Source: Macrostomum lignano (lineage: Eukaryota). From it: DNA of 64,000 nucleotides. The position numbers were made by a program, and so were the translations under genes. How positions within the stretch are numbered: position 1 is the first letter of the stretch; each line of letters begins with the position of its first letter. The stretch covers positions 62,001 to 126,000 of the forward strand of contig NIVC01000344.1 in assembly GCA_002269645.1 (NCBI GenBank). Direction: 5' to 3'. The notes beneath the pieces were generated by a model, which was not told the DNA's origin, made no database searches, and saw only the letters and a list, made by a program, of their open reading frames with translations. Shown here in pieces: positions 61,602-64,000 of this stretch.

Positions 61602-62005
61602 ACTACATCCAGCACCGATATCCGAAGCTGAAATCGGCCAAAATTAATCTCTGCTGCACGGACGTCTGCGTGCAGGCCAGACGCGTCATTGAGAAGCAGG
61701 CCCGCGGGACTTCAGGCGGCGGCGGCGGCGTCGTTGTCGGCGTCACCAGCTTGGGACGTCCGCGCTCCAATGACGCTGCCGCTGTCGCCGCCTCCGCCAA
61801 AGTGCAGAGATCAATGTCGCCTTCAACAGAATCAGCGGCGGGGGCGGCGGCGGTCGCCAACTATCGCGACTCGTCGTCGATGGACTACGGCGACGATCAG
61901 GCAGAGGACGGCAGCGAGGCGAGTTCGCACGACCTGACTCCGGACCTCAACCCGAGCAGCCTCAGCCTGCACCGGTTGCACCCGATAGATTCGCCAATAG
62001 ACTGA
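61602..62005 (+). CDS. BEN-domain protein, exon 3 (C-half of BEN domain, acidic tail, stop)
   Basis: CCAG|(D)YIQHRYPKLKSAKINLCCTDVCVQARR...PID*; phase 1 joins exon 2. Confidence 0.8.
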
Positions 62006-64000
62006 TTTCATAAAAAATCAAATCAAATCAAATCATATGCGTACTGTAAGTCAACTTTGTTTCCAACATTTTTCAACAGTAATTTTGCACAAATCGCGGT
62101 GCTCTATAAGTAGTATGTACCGAATGTGGCGGCCATTGTTTGGATGCAGCTTTTAAAGTTTTTGAAGCAAGGGTTTTGTATCATAGTCTTCATACATAAG
62201 CTATAAAAATATTACTTTCATTGAATTTTAAGAATGGAAATTTGACTAACTGGTTTATATACAAGAATTTAAAAAGCTTTAAAGATTTCAAAGTAGTAGT
62301 TCGAAATTTATATGTAACAAAGGAACAAACAAAAAAATTTTAAAGCTCTACCATGGGATGAACTCGCGAGTTATTTTTATCTCTTCGCACAAAAAAGTTC
62401 GTTTTAATATTTTGTATTTGTTGTTTACTTGTTGCTACAACTAATTGATAATCTTAGCTGCCAGATGTTCTTTCTTGTGACAAAATAAAATTGCTTTCGC
62501 TCGCTTATTAACACGTGCTAGCCATATTGCCATTCAAAATTTATCTAATTCAGCAGTATTCTCAAATTAATTTTGGTTTTAAGTTCGTATTTATCACATA
62601 CTAGCGAACATTACTATTGGCAAACCTATTACTTAGCTATCAGAGTGTGACGTGAAAGTTAAATCAACTAATTTATCTAGATTTAAAAATTAATTAAAAT
62701 TTTGTTTACAATATTATTGTTTAATAGATTAGTAGTTTTCTGTTTAATTCATATTTAAAAATAATTGTGTTAATTATGAATGCACAAATTATTTAATTAC
62801 TATTTGTTTATTTAGTCCAAAAATAATTTGGAATTTGCTCCGATTTGAGCATTTTAGTGGTTTTGCTAGTGGCTATGTAATCATATCAAATTGTAGCGAT
62901 TTATTATTAACTCTTTCAATCTTATGAGAATTAAAAGCTTTAAAGTTTATTTGATATTTTTTCTATAATAGTACATTTTTATGGTTAAAAAAACGCTGGC
63001 TAAAGAGCTGGTAGTCTGTCTTTTTACACGTTTAAAGAACATATTTACTAATAGTTATACGATGTATATAGTGTTGCAAACATTATAACAGCAGCGAATA
63101 TAGTTTATCTTCCTGTTCGTGTACTTTGTAGCCAATATACAAAAAACCTATACATTAGAAATGCATTGACGATATAAATATACAAGCGTAAATTGCTATA
63201 CGTATTTTTTGTCAATGGTAAAACAGTTACGCTGTTTTGCTACTCACTCAATATTTTTATACAATCATTGCTTGTGATTTGCGCATAACAATTTTCATTC
63301 GCATTAGCTGTTCATTGAAATGGATCATAAATAATGTACATTATGTATACTTTTTTATTCATATTGTAAGCCCCGTGCTTAGCTCGAAATGCCCCGAAAT
63401 TAATTAAAGCTTTCACATTTTGTTTTCAAATACACTTTCGAAAAGTTAAATGTCTATAAATGCTGAATTATGTGCTAAAATTGAGTTGTCTCTGTTTAAT
63501 TTTCTAAAGCAACAATAAACTAACCAGTCACTAACCATAACCTAAAATAGTACTGGCAGGGACAGCTAGAAAAGGTTTTTAGTTGTTCCTGGTTTTATGT
63601 TCAAAATACTTTTGTACTCAATTTTTTCATTTTAAGTAAATTATTTGTAGATTTGAACAATAGGATTTTTTGCACAAATTGCTACTAGCTTACTAACGAG
63701 TAGTATAATAAAGTGTGATTCCATTCGCTCAAACTTAGGGATGTCTCTATACTCTATAACTCTACGGCAACTCATCATGAGGACTCGGTGCTACTAAAAG
63801 CAGAAGAAAAAAGCAAATGACGACCAGTGGACACGATAGCACGCAACGCCTTCTCTCCCGTGTTGCAGAAGCAGCAATTATATAGCTCTAGCTCCTCTTC
63901 TGCGTGCTGCCCATTGCAGAAATCGAAATTTTCTAGGCGACAGAGAGGCGTGACAAATCAAGGCAGACAGCTCGCAAGGCTGAGCAAGCTTCTCAGAAAT

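Overview
Eukaryotic (metazoan) genomic DNA. GC-rich, Ala/Gln-rich exons, minisatellite-filled introns and a (CCCTAA)n run suggest a flatworm such as Macrostomum; this is inference only. Five protein-coding loci can be supported. (1) The TM1-TM5 exon of an alpha1-adrenergic-like aminergic GPCR (minus strand, 2334-~3230; TM6-7 not found in the window). (2) An intronless EF1-gamma (minus, 4871-6160). (3) A highly divergent histone-H3-fold gene with CenH3/CENP-A hallmarks (plus, 20716-22211). (4) A 13-exon liprin-alpha gene whose reading frame I could follow across all splice junctions (plus, 24319-43697). (5) A 3-exon BEN-domain gene with corepressor-binding-like motifs (plus, 52529-62005). Between EF1-gamma and CenH3 lies a ~13.5 kb transposon graveyard from which CpG has been almost erased. 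It contains nested MITEs, an RTE-like RT pseudogene and a Gmr1-like LTR remnant. 5.6 kb of it is duplicated across a 49-N gap, probably an assembly overlap. The most unusual structure is a 49-bp minisatellite that has amplified the liprin exon-1/intron-1 junction into 23 units, 16 of which keep a perfect AAG|GTGAGT donor. No prokaryotic features and no CRISPR array are present. Most long ORFs in the ORF track are artefacts of tandem repeats.
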